A stretch of DNA of 37,039 nucleotides from Solirubrobacterales bacterium (GTDB lineage Bacteria > Actinomycetota > Thermoleophilia > Solirubrobacterales > 70-9). This document shows, in pieces, positions 9,599 through 18,764 of this stretch. Within the stretch, counting starts at the first letter, position 1; every line of letters begins with the position of its first letter. The notes beneath the pieces are model-generated. The model ran no database searches and was not told where the DNA came from. It saw only the letters and a program-made list of their open reading frames with translations. The position numbers and the translations under genes were made by a program. The stretch covers positions 1 through 37,039 of the forward strand of contig JBQCCT010000071.1 of the NCBI GenBank assembly GCA_051961955.1, in the 5' to 3' direction.

Positions 9599-10559
9599 GT
9601 GGAAGAGCAGGAGATCCGCTTCACCGAAGAGGGAGGCCACCGCATCGCTTGGGCCCGCAGTGGGGACGGGCCGCCTCTGGTGTTCTGCGGCTGGTGGATG
9701 AGTCAACTTGAGTTGAACTGGCGCGATCCGCGCTTCCGTGCCTTCGTCGAAGCTCTCGGTCAGCACCGCACGGTGATCCGCTACGACGCGCCAGGGACCG
9801 GGGTCTGCGCCGCCGATACCACCCGGGCTGCGACCGTGGACGGGGAAGTGGCGGCGCTAGCCGCCGTGGTCGAGGCGTCTGGGGCGCCGTCGATTGACCT
9901 CTTCGCCGCCTCCCGCCGACGTGCACACCCGCGAGACGATGGTCGATCTTGTCCGTGAGCACTGGGGCCTCGGGTCCCGCGCGCTCGCCGACGTCTTCAT
10001 GCCGAGCGCGAACGGAGCGGAGCGCGATGCCTTCGTCCTCTATCAACGCGGGGCAACGGGCGCGGAGAAGGCGGCCCGCTCGCTGGAGACCGTCTACAGC
10101 TTCGACGTCACCACCCGCCTAAGCGCCGTGGCAACGCCTGCGGTCGTCCTCCACCGCCGCGAGGACCGGGCGATCCCGTTCCAGCTCGGGCGGGAGCTGG
10201 CCGCCGAGCTACCGGGGGCGAGCTTCGTGGCGCTCGACGGAGCCGACCACTACCCCTGGTTCGGCGACGCTGACGCGGTCCTGCGCGCCACGCTGAAGGC
10301 GCTCGGAGTCGAGGGCGCCACCGCGGTTATGCCCGGCCCCGAAACCGATCGGGCGCCGATGGAGGGGCGAGACCTGACCAGCCGCGAGACCGAGGTGCTG
10401 GCACTCGTCGCCAGCGGCCTCTCCGACCGCGAGATCGCCGAGCGCCTCGTCCTCAGCCCCCACACGGTCCATCGCCACGTCGCCAACGTCCGCACCAAGC
10501 TCGGCCTGCCAACCCGCGCCGCCGCGGTCGCCGCGGCGGCCAGGCGCGGACTGCTGTGA
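9599..10559 (+). pseudogene. Disrupted alpha/beta-hydrolase-LuxR fusion regulator, split over two frames (9599-9958 and 9894-10559)
   Basis: The N-terminal alpha/beta-fold half ends at ...APSIDLFAAS. The second frame resumes at ...PPADVHTRETMVDLVREHWGLG and ends in a LuxR HTH (LTSRETEVLALVASGLSDREIAERLVLSPHTVHRHVANVRTKLG). The expected nucleophile elbow (G-x-S-x-G) and about 30 residues are absent at the junction near 9911-9925. Confidence 0.55.
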
Positions 10560-12041
10560 TCAGGTCTCGGCCGCTCGCTCGCCCTTTGGATGCGTACCGG
10601 TAGATCGATCGACTGGACGTGCATCCCTGGCGGGCAACGACACAACGAGCTGCGCGCCACCTAGCTCCGGCGACGTTTCGGTGATAACGGTCCCCCCATG
10701 GGATGCCGCAATCGCTTTCACCATGGCCAAACCTAATCCGGTTCCATCGCTTGCAGCGGTATCGGAGGAACTTGCACCTCGTACAAATCGCTCGAACACA
10801 TGATCTTTCAGCTCGCCAGGGATCCCTGGACCGCTGTCGGAGACGCTGAGGACAACCGCGTTGGCCTCCCGCTCCCAGCTCGTGGTTAGTGAAATTTGAG
10901 CTTCGTTCGGGGTGTACCGGACGGCGTTGTCCAGCAGATTGAGCGCAAGGCGGTGCAATTCGTCTCGATTGCCATGCACTGGAGCAGCCCGGCAATCAGT
11001 ACGCAAGGTGCGCTCGCCTAAGTTCGGCGAGATCTCGCGAGCCGCGCCTAGGGCGACGTCAGAGAGATCCAAGTCGACCTTCGGTCGTGCCTGTCCCGCA
11101 TCGTTACGCGCCAGCAGCAAGAGGTCTGACACCAAACGACTCATTCGCTGGGATGAACGAACGGCGGATGCCGCAAGTTCTTGCTCTTCCCCATAGCTGT
11201 TAACGCTTCCGAGCTGAGCTTCAAGCAGTTCAAGATTCGCCAGGATGCTCGTAAGTGGAGTGCGCAGCTCGTGCGAGGCATCAGCAACAAACTCACGCTG
11301 TTTTTGCATCGCTTTCTCGCGTTCGATCTGAGATGCATCTAACGCACTAAGCATGTCTTGCAGAGTGCTGCTGAGCTCAGCTACCTCGTCTTCCGCCGTC
11401 GGCTGTGGGAGCTTCCTCGAAGCATCCCTGGTGGCAGCTATTTCCCGGGCGCTTGACGTCAGGGTCGCAATCGGCTTCATCGCACGACGAGCCAGAGCAA
11501 CACCTGCAAGAACTGCCAGGGCGGTCCCTCCCAAGATTCCCGCCACAATGAAGAGCCAGAGCTTCGCGACGGTTGCATCTACATGACTGTCACTCCGCGC
11601 GTACTGGATATACCCAACAATTTCATTGTCAGGTCCCAATACAGGTTGGGTGGCCACTGAAACAGAACCAACAGCAGTAAGACCGAGCTTCGGCAAGCCC
11701 AGATCAGCATGGTCCTTGGGAGCTTCATCAAGAACAACTCCTTCAGTGTTGACGACTCGTGCCGTTGCACCATTTGGCAGGGATACAGCTCGCAAATCAG
11801 GGCTATAAACCGCCGGTTCCTGGAACGGCCTTTCGACAATCCGGGTCTTGCTCACTAGACGGGCCGCGGCGTCCTCTAGGTCTCGGTTGAAATCGCTACG
11901 AATGCGATTCGTGGCGACGGTTCCGACGATGCCGCCAAACACGAGGAGTATCGCAAGGGTTAACGAGGCCGACACGATCGCCAGCTTCCACCGGATCGGC
12001 CAGCGTTGAAAAGGGGGTACAGGGACCTTAAGAAGGGCCAC
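10560..12041 (-). CDS. Sensor histidine kinase (2 TM + HAMP + HisKA + HATPase_c)
   Basis: H-box FVADASHELRTPLTSI, N-box LLDNAVRYTP, G1 DSGPGIP, G2 GTGLGLAMV. GTG start at 12041. Visibly lower GC than the flanks. No response regulator is adjacent. Confidence 0.9.
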   Translation of the reverse strand: MALLKVPVPPFQRWPIRWKLAIVSASLTLAILLVFGGIVGTVATNRIRSDFNRDLEDAAARLVSKTRIVERPFQEPAVYSPDLRAVSLPNGATARVVNTEGVVLDEAPKDHADLGLPKLGLTAVGSVSVATQPVLGPDNEIVGYIQYARSDSHVDATVAKLWLFIVAGILGGTALAVLAGVALARRAMKPIATLTSSAREIAATRDASRKLPQPTAEDEVAELSSTLQDMLSALDASQIEREKAMQKQREFVADASHELRTPLTSILANLELLEAQLGSVNSYGEEQELAASAVRSSQRMSRLVSDLLLLARNDAGQARPKVDLDLSDVALGAAREISPNLGERTLRTDCRAAPVHGNRDELHRLALNLLDNAVRYTPNEAQISLTTSWEREANAVVLSVSDSGPGIPGELKDHVFERFVRGASSSDTAASDGTGLGLAMVKAIAASHGGTVITETSPELGGAQLVVSLPARDARPVDRSTGTHPKGERAAET

Positions 12042-12204
12042 GGCGCCATTCTACGGCCCGCCACCTGCCAATCAGTACTTTTAGATTTGCTTCAAGTTCC
12101 GGTTCAGCCGGCCACCCAGCGCTTCGCTTCTTCGGTGACACGAGCCAGCGCCGGGGGCAGGCCGATCGTTCCCTGGCATCCCCTCGATCCGCTCGATCAT
12201 CGAT

Positions 12205-13326
12205 TCACACCGGGTACCTCAGGATCGCCGCCGCGGGGCCGCCGCCGGGGACATCGGCGGCCCGCACGGCGAGCACCGTGCCGCCGGCGAGGATGACGCG
12301 ACGACATAGCTCGTCGATGACGCCGTAATCACCGGCCTGCTCGACATCGTCAAGCGACACCGCGCCCGAGTCCTCGTCGATCGTCCCGGCCAGCTTGGCA
12401 TCGATGTCGACAAAGAGGGTTTCGACGGCGCCAAAGGTCGCAGCGCGACCGAGGTCGTTGATCTCGACGGCGCTGCGGCCGGCGGCCGAGCGCTGCTCGA
12501 ACTGGTCGGTCAGGTCGCGTAGCTGGTCGGCGTAAAGGCCGTCGAGGACCTCGCGGGCGGCCTCCCCCAGTTCGGCGTCGGTGGAGGCCTCCGGGCTGCC
12601 CGAAAGCGATCGGTCAGCCAGACGGGGGTAGGAATTAACCGAGCGGAAGATCGCGTCGATCAGCTCGGACGCCGCCAGGATCAGCGGCACGTCGCGGCCG
12701 ACCAGCACCGTCCCCAGCGCCTTGTCAACCGCGCGTGCGTAGTTGCGGACCAGCGTCTTGCGACCCTCGGTGCCCTGCAAGCGCCGGGCCGGGGAGCGGT
12801 CGGTGATCGAGGCCTTGCCGACGGCATCCGCCGCGCCCCTCGGCAGGTCGGGCACGCGCACCTCGAAGGTCGGCAGGTCGGGAGTTACCTCCAACAAGCG
12901 CACCGAGCCCTCGGCGAGTGCCAGCACAAAGGCCGTCTGCGGGAAAGTGACAGTACGCAACAGCGGCTTTACGTAGTAACGGTCGGCGACTTGGACCGCC
13001 GCCGTCAACCGATTCGGCAGGCGAAAGCTGCGCAGGCCGTGAGCGTCGACGAAGACCGCGAGCGAGTGGGCCTGCTCCGCCCAGAACCGATGATCGTCGT
13101 GGAGGTCGTCGAGCGCCTGCTCGATCGCCTCGCGATCGGCCCTGGCACTTCCCGTATCCAACTCCGCCACCGCCTCGCCGGCGAGGTTCTTGAAGGCGAT
13201 CCGGGCCGCATCGGCCTCGGGAGTGATCGGGCTGGTCGGCAGGTAAATCGAGACAAGCTGGTCTCCACGGGCCTGCAGAAGACGCTCGATCTGACGGCGG
13301 CTCGGGATGTCGGTGTGAAGAGCCAC
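12205..13326 (-). CDS. Bacterial archaeo-eukaryotic release-factor-like (baeRF family, baeRF3-like) protein
   Basis: 373 aa. N-terminal ...LVSIYLPT..., central FRLP...DRYYVKPLL, and a C-terminus ending AAILRY match my memory of baeRF-family architecture. Not verified by search. Confidence 0.5.
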   Translation of the reverse strand: MALHTDIPSRRQIERLLQARGDQLVSIYLPTSPITPEADAARIAFKNLAGEAVAELDTGSARADREAIEQALDDLHDDHRFWAEQAHSLAVFVDAHGLRSFRLPNRLTAAVQVADRYYVKPLLRTVTFPQTAFVLALAEGSVRLLEVTPDLPTFEVRVPDLPRGAADAVGKASITDRSPARRLQGTEGRKTLVRNYARAVDKALGTVLVGRDVPLILAASELIDAIFRSVNSYPRLADRSLSGSPEASTDAELGEAAREVLDGLYADQLRDLTDQFEQRSAAGRSAVEINDLGRAATFGAVETLFVDIDAKLAGTIDEDSGAVSLDDVEQAGDYGVIDELCRRVILAGGTVLAVRAADVPGGGPAAAILRYPV

Positions 13327-13419
13327 AACCGTGACCTTAGGCGATCAGCCTGCTCTCCGAAACGCTACATGCCGGTTTTTCAAGCCCTGTGTCAGTCTTG
13401 ACTAAAGAAGCACCGATCG

Positions 13420-14316
13420 GTGCCCGATCCGATGACCAACCTTGCGCAAAGCCTGATTGACGCGCTGGCCCTTGGTGGCCTTTATGCGCTGATCGCCATC
13501 GGCGTCACCTTGATCTACACCGTGATGGGGATGATGAACTTCGCCCAAGGCGAGTTCATCATGCTCCCCGCCTACGCCCTCTACCTGTTGGCCGGAGTGC
13601 CGTTCGCCATTGCGGTCGGCGCCGCACTTGCCACGGGAATCGCGATCGCGGTCCTAGCCGAGCGGGTTGCTTTCCGCCCCGTCCGGAACGCCGACCTGGC
13701 TGCTCAGCTCGTTACGTCGCTTGCGGTGGCGACCATCCTGCAGAACGTTGTCAGCGCGACGGTAGACGCCCGCGCCCAGTCAGTGGCGACGCCTGAGCTG
13801 CTGAGCGAATCGAGCCAGATCGGCGCCCTCTCGATTCCGAACCTCGAGATCCTCACCCTCGCGCTGACCGTGGTCGTCCTCGGCGGCCTCGGCTGGCTGC
13901 TCTACCGGACCCGCATCGGCCTCGAGATGCGGGCGGCGGCGGAGAACTTCGAGATGGCCCGACTGCTCGGTGTCCGTGCCAACCGGGTGATCGCGATCGC
14001 CTTCGCGATCAGCGGCGCACTCGCGGGCATCGTGGGAGTGCTGATCGTGATGCAGACGGGTCAGGTCTCTCCGACGATGGGCCTGACGCCGGTGCTGGTC
14101 GGCTTCATTGCCGTAGTGATCGGCGGCTTCGGCAGGATTTTCGGCGCCGTGGTCGGCGGCCTCGTGCTGGGAGCCCTCTCATCGCTGCTCGGCACCTACT
14201 TGCCGGATGGGCTGGTTCCGTTCCGTGACGCGATCGTCTTCTCCCTTCCCGTAGCGATCCTGATCGTCAGGCCACAGGGCCTGCTCGGCGCGGCGACCGG
14301 GGAGGCACGCATATGA
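13420..14316 (+). CDS. livH: Branched-chain amino acid-type ABC transporter permease (LivH-like)
   Basis: 298 aa, 8-10 hydrophobic helices. N-terminal LIDALALGGLYALIAIGVTLIYTVMGMMNFAQGEF is typical of the LivH family. Confidence 0.85.
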   Translation: MPDPMTNLAQSLIDALALGGLYALIAIGVTLIYTVMGMMNFAQGEFIMLPAYALYLLAGVPFAIAVGAALATGIAIAVLAERVAFRPVRNADLAAQLVTSLAVATILQNVVSATVDARAQSVATPELLSESSQIGALSIPNLEILTLALTVVVLGGLGWLLYRTRIGLEMRAAAENFEMARLLGVRANRVIAIAFAISGALAGIVGVLIVMQTGQVSPTMGLTPVLVGFIAVVIGGFGRIFGAVVGGLVLGALSSLLGTYLPDGLVPFRDAIVFSLPVAILIVRPQGLLGAATGEARI

Positions 14317-16160
14317 ACGGCCGGGGACTGCGCTCCCCGGCCTCCGCAGCTATCTCTTTAGTCGTCCCGCTCGCCCTCGTGCTGCTAACCGCTGTGGTCG
14401 GGGCAAGTGGCACTCCCTCTTTCGAAGACACCGTCACGTTGATCCTCTGCAATCTGATCATCGTCCTCGGCCTGCAGGTCTTCATCGGCAATAGCGGCGT
14501 CTACTCGTTCGGGCAGTTGGGCTTTGCGGCAAGCGGCGCGTACATCGCAGCCCTGCTCACGATCCCCGCGATTTTCACGGCCCTGCAGGCGCCTGCGCTG
14601 CCAAAGCTGATCACCGACGCCCAGCTCAGTCCCTTGCTTTCCACCCTGATCGCCGCGGTGGCGAGCGGGTTGCTGGCAGCGGTGGTCGGCTGGCCGCTGA
14701 TGAGAACTTCGACGCTGGCGATCCCGATCTCGACCTTTGCCTTCCTGATCGTCGCCTACAACGTCCTCGCCAACTGGGACCAGGTCACCGGTGGAAGCGG
14801 CGGGCTGGTGAGCATCCCGAGGACCACCGACATTCGGTCGGCAGGGATTTGGGCCAGCGTGGCGGTCGTCGCGGTGCTCGCCTTCAAATGGTCGGCAAGC
14901 GGCTATCGGCTGCAGGCGACCCGCGAAGGGGAGGTAGCGGCACGCTCGATCGGCATCAGCCTGATGCGGGAGCGATTGATCGCGTTCACGATCAGCGCGA
15001 TGCTCTGCGGGATCGGCGGCGCCCTGGAGGTGCACCAGTCCGGGACCCTCTCTTCGAACACCTTCTACTTCGCCGCCTCGGTGACGACGATCACCATGCT
15101 GGTGGTCGGCGGCGCTCGCAGCGTCCTCGGGGCCGTCGTCGGAACCATCGCGGTGGCAACGGTCAACGAGCTGCTGCGCAACCTCGAGGAAGGCGCCCAC
15201 GTGTTCGGGCTGTTCTCGATCGGCGAAACCCCGGGCCTGGCCGCCATCGGCCTCGGCCTGATCCTGCTGGTGACGATGGTCGCGCTGCCGGACGGACTTA
15301 CTGGCGGTCGCGAGGCGGGCGAGATCGGGCCGATCCGCCGCCGGCTGCGCTTTCCCGTTCTATCGACGTCAGCCGCGGAAGCGGCGAGGGATCAAGCAAA
15401 GTCACGGTCCGCCCACGGATCGGCTGAGAGTCTTCGCGCCGAGGGGATCTCTCTTGCCTTCTCCGGATTGCAGGTGCTGAGAGGAGTAGAGCTCGAGCTG
15501 CCTCCTGGCGAGGCCCTCGGGCTGATCGGGCCCAACGGCGCCGGCAAGACGACCCTTGTCAACGTCCTCAGCGGCTTCCAGACTGCCGATTCCGGAAGCG
15601 TCTTCCTCGCTGGAGTTGAGGTGACCAGCTGGTCGCCGGCGCGCCTCGCGCGGGCAGGACTTGGGCGCACGTTCCAGGCAGCGCTCCCCTTCGCGGGGCT
15701 GACCGTGATGGAGAGCGTCGCCGTGGGGGCGATGGGTGTCGGGGTCGGCCGGCGACGCGCCGTGGAGATCGCCGCAAACGTGCTCGAGCGCCTCGGCCTG
15801 AGCGAGCGCGCGCAGAACCCCGCCGGCCTGCAGCCGCCAGGGAACCAGCGGCTGCTGGGCATTGCCCGCGCCCTCGCCACCGGGCCCCGCTACCTGCTGC
15901 TCGACGAGCCCGCGGCAGGGCTGAATGACGAGGAGTGTCGAGATCTGGTCGCGATTCTCCGCGGGGTGCTCCAGGACTTCGGCTGCGCGATCTTGCTGAT
16001 CGAGCACGACATGAACGTGGTGATGGACCTCTGCTCGCAAGTGCAGGTACTCGACGACGGTGAGACGGTCGTGGTCGGGACCCCCGAAGAAGTCCAAGCC
16101 CATCCCGCCGTGGTCGAGGCTTACCTTGGCACGTCTTATGTAGCGGGCGCCCATGCTTGA
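14313..16160 (+). CDS. Fused LivM-like permease / LivG-like ATP-binding protein
   Basis: The N-terminal ~350 aa are hydrophobic permease. The C-terminal half has Walker A GPNGAGKTT, the signature-like PPGNQRLLGIARAL and Walker B LLLDEPAAGL. The start overlaps the livH stop (ATGA at 14313-14316). Confidence 0.85.
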   Translation: MNGRGLRSPASAAISLVVPLALVLLTAVVGASGTPSFEDTVTLILCNLIIVLGLQVFIGNSGVYSFGQLGFAASGAYIAALLTIPAIFTALQAPALPKLITDAQLSPLLSTLIAAVASGLLAAVVGWPLMRTSTLAIPISTFAFLIVAYNVLANWDQVTGGSGGLVSIPRTTDIRSAGIWASVAVVAVLAFKWSASGYRLQATREGEVAARSIGISLMRERLIAFTISAMLCGIGGALEVHQSGTLSSNTFYFAASVTTITMLVVGGARSVLGAVVGTIAVATVNELLRNLEEGAHVFGLFSIGETPGLAAIGLGLILLVTMVALPDGLTGGREAGEIGPIRRRLRFPVLSTSAAEAARDQAKSRSAHGSAESLRAEGISLAFSGLQVLRGVELELPPGEALGLIGPNGAGKTTLVNVLSGFQTADSGSVFLAGVEVTSWSPARLARAGLGRTFQAALPFAGLTVMESVAVGAMGVGVGRRRAVEIAANVLERLGLSERAQNPAGLQPPGNQRLLGIARALATGPRYLLLDEPAAGLNDEECRDLVAILRGVLQDFGCAILLIEHDMNVVMDLCSQVQVLDDGETVVVGTPEEVQAHPAVVEAYLGTSYVAGAHA

Positions 16161-16848
16161 GCTCCGCGACTTGAAGGTCGCCTACGGCGGCGTCGAGGTT
16201 CTCCACGGCGTCGAGATGAGCCTCGACGAGGCGGAAGTCGTCGGCATGGTCGGCCCCAACGGCGCCGGCAAGAGCTCGCTTTTGCGCGCGATCTGTGGCC
16301 TCACGCGTGCGAGCGCCGGCGAGATCAGCTTCGAAGGCAGACCTCTGCGTGGGCTTGCACCGGAGGAGATCGCAAGGCTGGGAATCGCGCTGGTGCCCGA
16401 GGGCCGTCAGATCTTCGGCACGCTGACCGTGGCGGAGAATCTGCACCTGGCTGCACAAGGCAACGGCAGCGAAACGATGAAGCAGGTCCTGGAGCGGCTG
16501 CCGATTCTGCGCGAGCGAGCCGGACAGCGTGCCGACCGCCTTTCGGGTGGTGAGCAGCAACAGCTCGCAGTGGCCCGCGCCCTGCTGCGCAAGCCACGGC
16601 TGCTGATCCTCGACGAGCCCTCGCTCGGCCTCGCGCCGAAGATGATCGACGTCATCTATGGGCTGCTGGAGGAACTTCGCACGGAGGGAGCGACGATGCT
16701 CCTCGTCGAGCAAAACGCGGCGCGGACGATTGACTTTTGCCAGCGAAGCCTGGTGCTGGCCGGTGGCAAGGTTCGCGCCAGCGGCAGGCGTGAGGAGCTG
16801 CAGCGCAACCCCGAGGTCCTGCGTGCTTACATGGGGAGACAGCTATAA
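16153..16848 (+). CDS. livF: ABC transporter ATP-binding protein (LivF-like)
   Basis: Walker A GPNGAGKSS, signature LSGGEQQQL, Walker B LILDEPSLGL. Overlaps the upstream gene by 8 nt. Confidence 0.9.
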   Translation: MLELRDLKVAYGGVEVLHGVEMSLDEAEVVGMVGPNGAGKSSLLRAICGLTRASAGEISFEGRPLRGLAPEEIARLGIALVPEGRQIFGTLTVAENLHLAAQGNGSETMKQVLERLPILRERAGQRADRLSGGEQQQLAVARALLRKPRLLILDEPSLGLAPKMIDVIYGLLEELRTEGATMLLVEQNAARTIDFCQRSLVLAGGKVRASGRREELQRNPEVLRAYMGRQL

Positions 16849-16861
16849 ATGTCAGAGAGAG

Positions 16862-17902
16862 ATGACTGATCAATCTTTCTTGTCGCCAAGCAGTGAAGAC
16901 GTGACGCTGGCGCTGCGCCACTGCTGGCAGCCGGTGGCAAGGCTGGAGGACCTCAAGGAGGGGCCCCAGCGGGCGGTCCTACTGGATGAGCCCCTTGCCG
17001 TCTTCCTCACCGAGAACGGTGAGGCGGCCGTGGTCGCCGACCGCTGCGCCCATCGTGGCGCCTTGCTCTCGATGGGCAAGGTCTGCGGCGAGAGCATTCA
17101 GTGCCCCTATCACGGCTGGGAGTGGGCGGGCGACGGCTCTTGCAGCCGGATTCCCTCGCTTGCCGACCAGCGTCAGATCCCCCCACTCGCCCGGATTCCG
17201 TCATATCCCGTGCGTGTGCACTGGGGGCTTGTCTGGACGACGCTCGAGGAGCCGCTGACCGACGTGCCCGACGTTCCCTGGTTCGACGAAGACGAGTGGA
17301 CGTGGGGTCACGGCGCCCCCTTTGAGCTGCCGGTCGCATTCGGGTTGATGATCGAGAACTTCCGCGACGTCTCCCATTTCGCCTTCGTCCACCAGGACAC
17401 CATTGGGCCTCAACCCGAGGTGATCGAGCCACTGATGCCAGAGAAGAATGGGCTCGAGGTGACGCTGCGCCGCAACATGGAATGGGGAGGCGGAGCAGGC
17501 GAAGCGTGGGGGCCGTTGCGAGAAATGGGTTACCACACGATCGCGCCTAACTTCACCTCGGCGAGGATGTTCACCGACGACGGCGAGCGCTGCTTGCTTC
17601 ACTCCGCACGCGCGATCAGCGCAACCGAGTCGATCCACTACTGGATCGAGGCGGGCCTCGAGAATTTCGACCGGGAGCAGCTCGAGAAAGTGATCGCCTA
17701 CGACGCCGGCATCTATGCCGAGGACGTGGGGGTCATCTCAAAGATCGAGACGCCCGAGCTGCCGTTGGATCCCAACGCAGAGGTCAACACGCTTGCCGAT
17801 CGGTACACGCTCGCCTACCGAGAGGCGTTTGTGGAGTTCGTCAACCGAGCCCTCGCCGCGCGCTCCACTCAAACCGGCGCAGCGGCAGCTGAGCCCTCCT
17901 AG
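16862..17902 (+). CDS. Rieske [2Fe-2S] non-haem-iron oxygenase alpha-type subunit (PaO/VanA-like)
   Basis: Rieske motif CAHRGALLS...CPYHGWEW. Start taken at ATG 16862 (MTDQSF), 13 nt after the livF stop and preceded by a purine-rich stretch. The ORF prefix overlaps livF out of frame. Confidence 0.8.
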   Translation: MTDQSFLSPSSEDVTLALRHCWQPVARLEDLKEGPQRAVLLDEPLAVFLTENGEAAVVADRCAHRGALLSMGKVCGESIQCPYHGWEWAGDGSCSRIPSLADQRQIPPLARIPSYPVRVHWGLVWTTLEEPLTDVPDVPWFDEDEWTWGHGAPFELPVAFGLMIENFRDVSHFAFVHQDTIGPQPEVIEPLMPEKNGLEVTLRRNMEWGGGAGEAWGPLREMGYHTIAPNFTSARMFTDDGERCLLHSARAISATESIHYWIEAGLENFDREQLEKVIAYDAGIYAEDVGVISKIETPELPLDPNAEVNTLADRYTLAYREAFVEFVNRALAARSTQTGAAAAEPS

Positions 17903-18747
17903 GCGCCGCTCCGTCCGCGCCGCCGTTCAAGCAAGCCGGTGGCCTCCTCGTAGTGAAACTGGGAGATGTCGCTGCGGGCGACGATGCGGGTCAGCTCGAC
18001 GGGGCACTCTCGGCTCTGATCCGCGGGAATGCCGTACTGGAGGAGCCGGCCGACCAAGACCGGGTCGCCGGTGCGGACCCCGAGGATTTTGGCGGTCCAA
18101 GGTCCGCACGAGGAACCCTCGAACGAAACGTCGATACGGGTGAGCCGCAGCGGCTCGCCAAGGGCCGGCTGTTCGCCGCCCTGGAGCGAGACCGCAGCGC
18201 CCAGCAACCAGGGCACCCGCTCGAGGGGGAAAAAGCAGTCGAGCCAGCAGATCGGTTTGTCGATGCGGAGGATCGAGGTGACCTGAGCGACGGTCTCCCC
18301 ACGGGAGAGGTCGAGAGAGTCGGCCATCGTCTGGTCATTCGTCTCCTGGCGAATGCGCAGGACGGCGATCCGCGAGTCGCCGAGGCGACTCTCCTGCAGG
18401 GAGCGGATCAAGCCCCTGATCGGCACCAGGCGCTTGGGCTCGGCGACGTAGGTCCCCGACCCGCGGCGGCGATAGATGACCCCATCGCGTTCGAGCAGGC
18501 TGAGGGCCGGGCGGACGACCGCGCGCGAGACTTCGAAATACTCTTCGAGCTCACGCTCCGAGGGAAACAAGGTCCCGGACGCCCAGGCACCCTCGTCGAG
18601 CTTCTCCTTGAGGATCTCGCCAAGCTGGTAGTAAAGGGGGACTCCGCCGCCCCGCTCAGGCCGGCGGAGCCCCTCGAGGCCGATTACAGAGGGTCGCTTG
18701 CGGCGACCTGCGCGGCGGCCCCCCGAGGCGGGATGCTCAGGCTCCAA
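17899..18747 (-). CDS. GntR-family transcriptional regulator (HutC/UTRA-type)
   Basis: Winged-helix PLYYQLGEILKEKLDEG...LFPSERELEEYFEVSRAVVRPALSLLERDGVIYRRRGSGTYV followed by a UTRA-like C-terminal domain. Confidence 0.85.
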   Translation of the reverse strand: MEPEHPASGGRRAGRRKRPSVIGLEGLRRPERGGGVPLYYQLGEILKEKLDEGAWASGTLFPSERELEEYFEVSRAVVRPALSLLERDGVIYRRRGSGTYVAEPKRLVPIRGLIRSLQESRLGDSRIAVLRIRQETNDQTMADSLDLSRGETVAQVTSILRIDKPICWLDCFFPLERVPWLLGAAVSLQGGEQPALGEPLRLTRIDVSFEGSSCGPWTAKILGVRTGDPVLVGRLLQYGIPADQSRECPVELTRIVARSDISQFHYEEATGLLERRRGRSGA

Positions 18748-18764
18748 TCAACTCACCGCGCGGC

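Noticed and set aside
14385-16713. Minus-strand ORFs of 250-381 aa across the ABC transporter genes
   Set aside because: They lie opposite strongly supported Walker A / signature / Walker B coding frames. The translations are Arg/Pro-rich and low in complexity.
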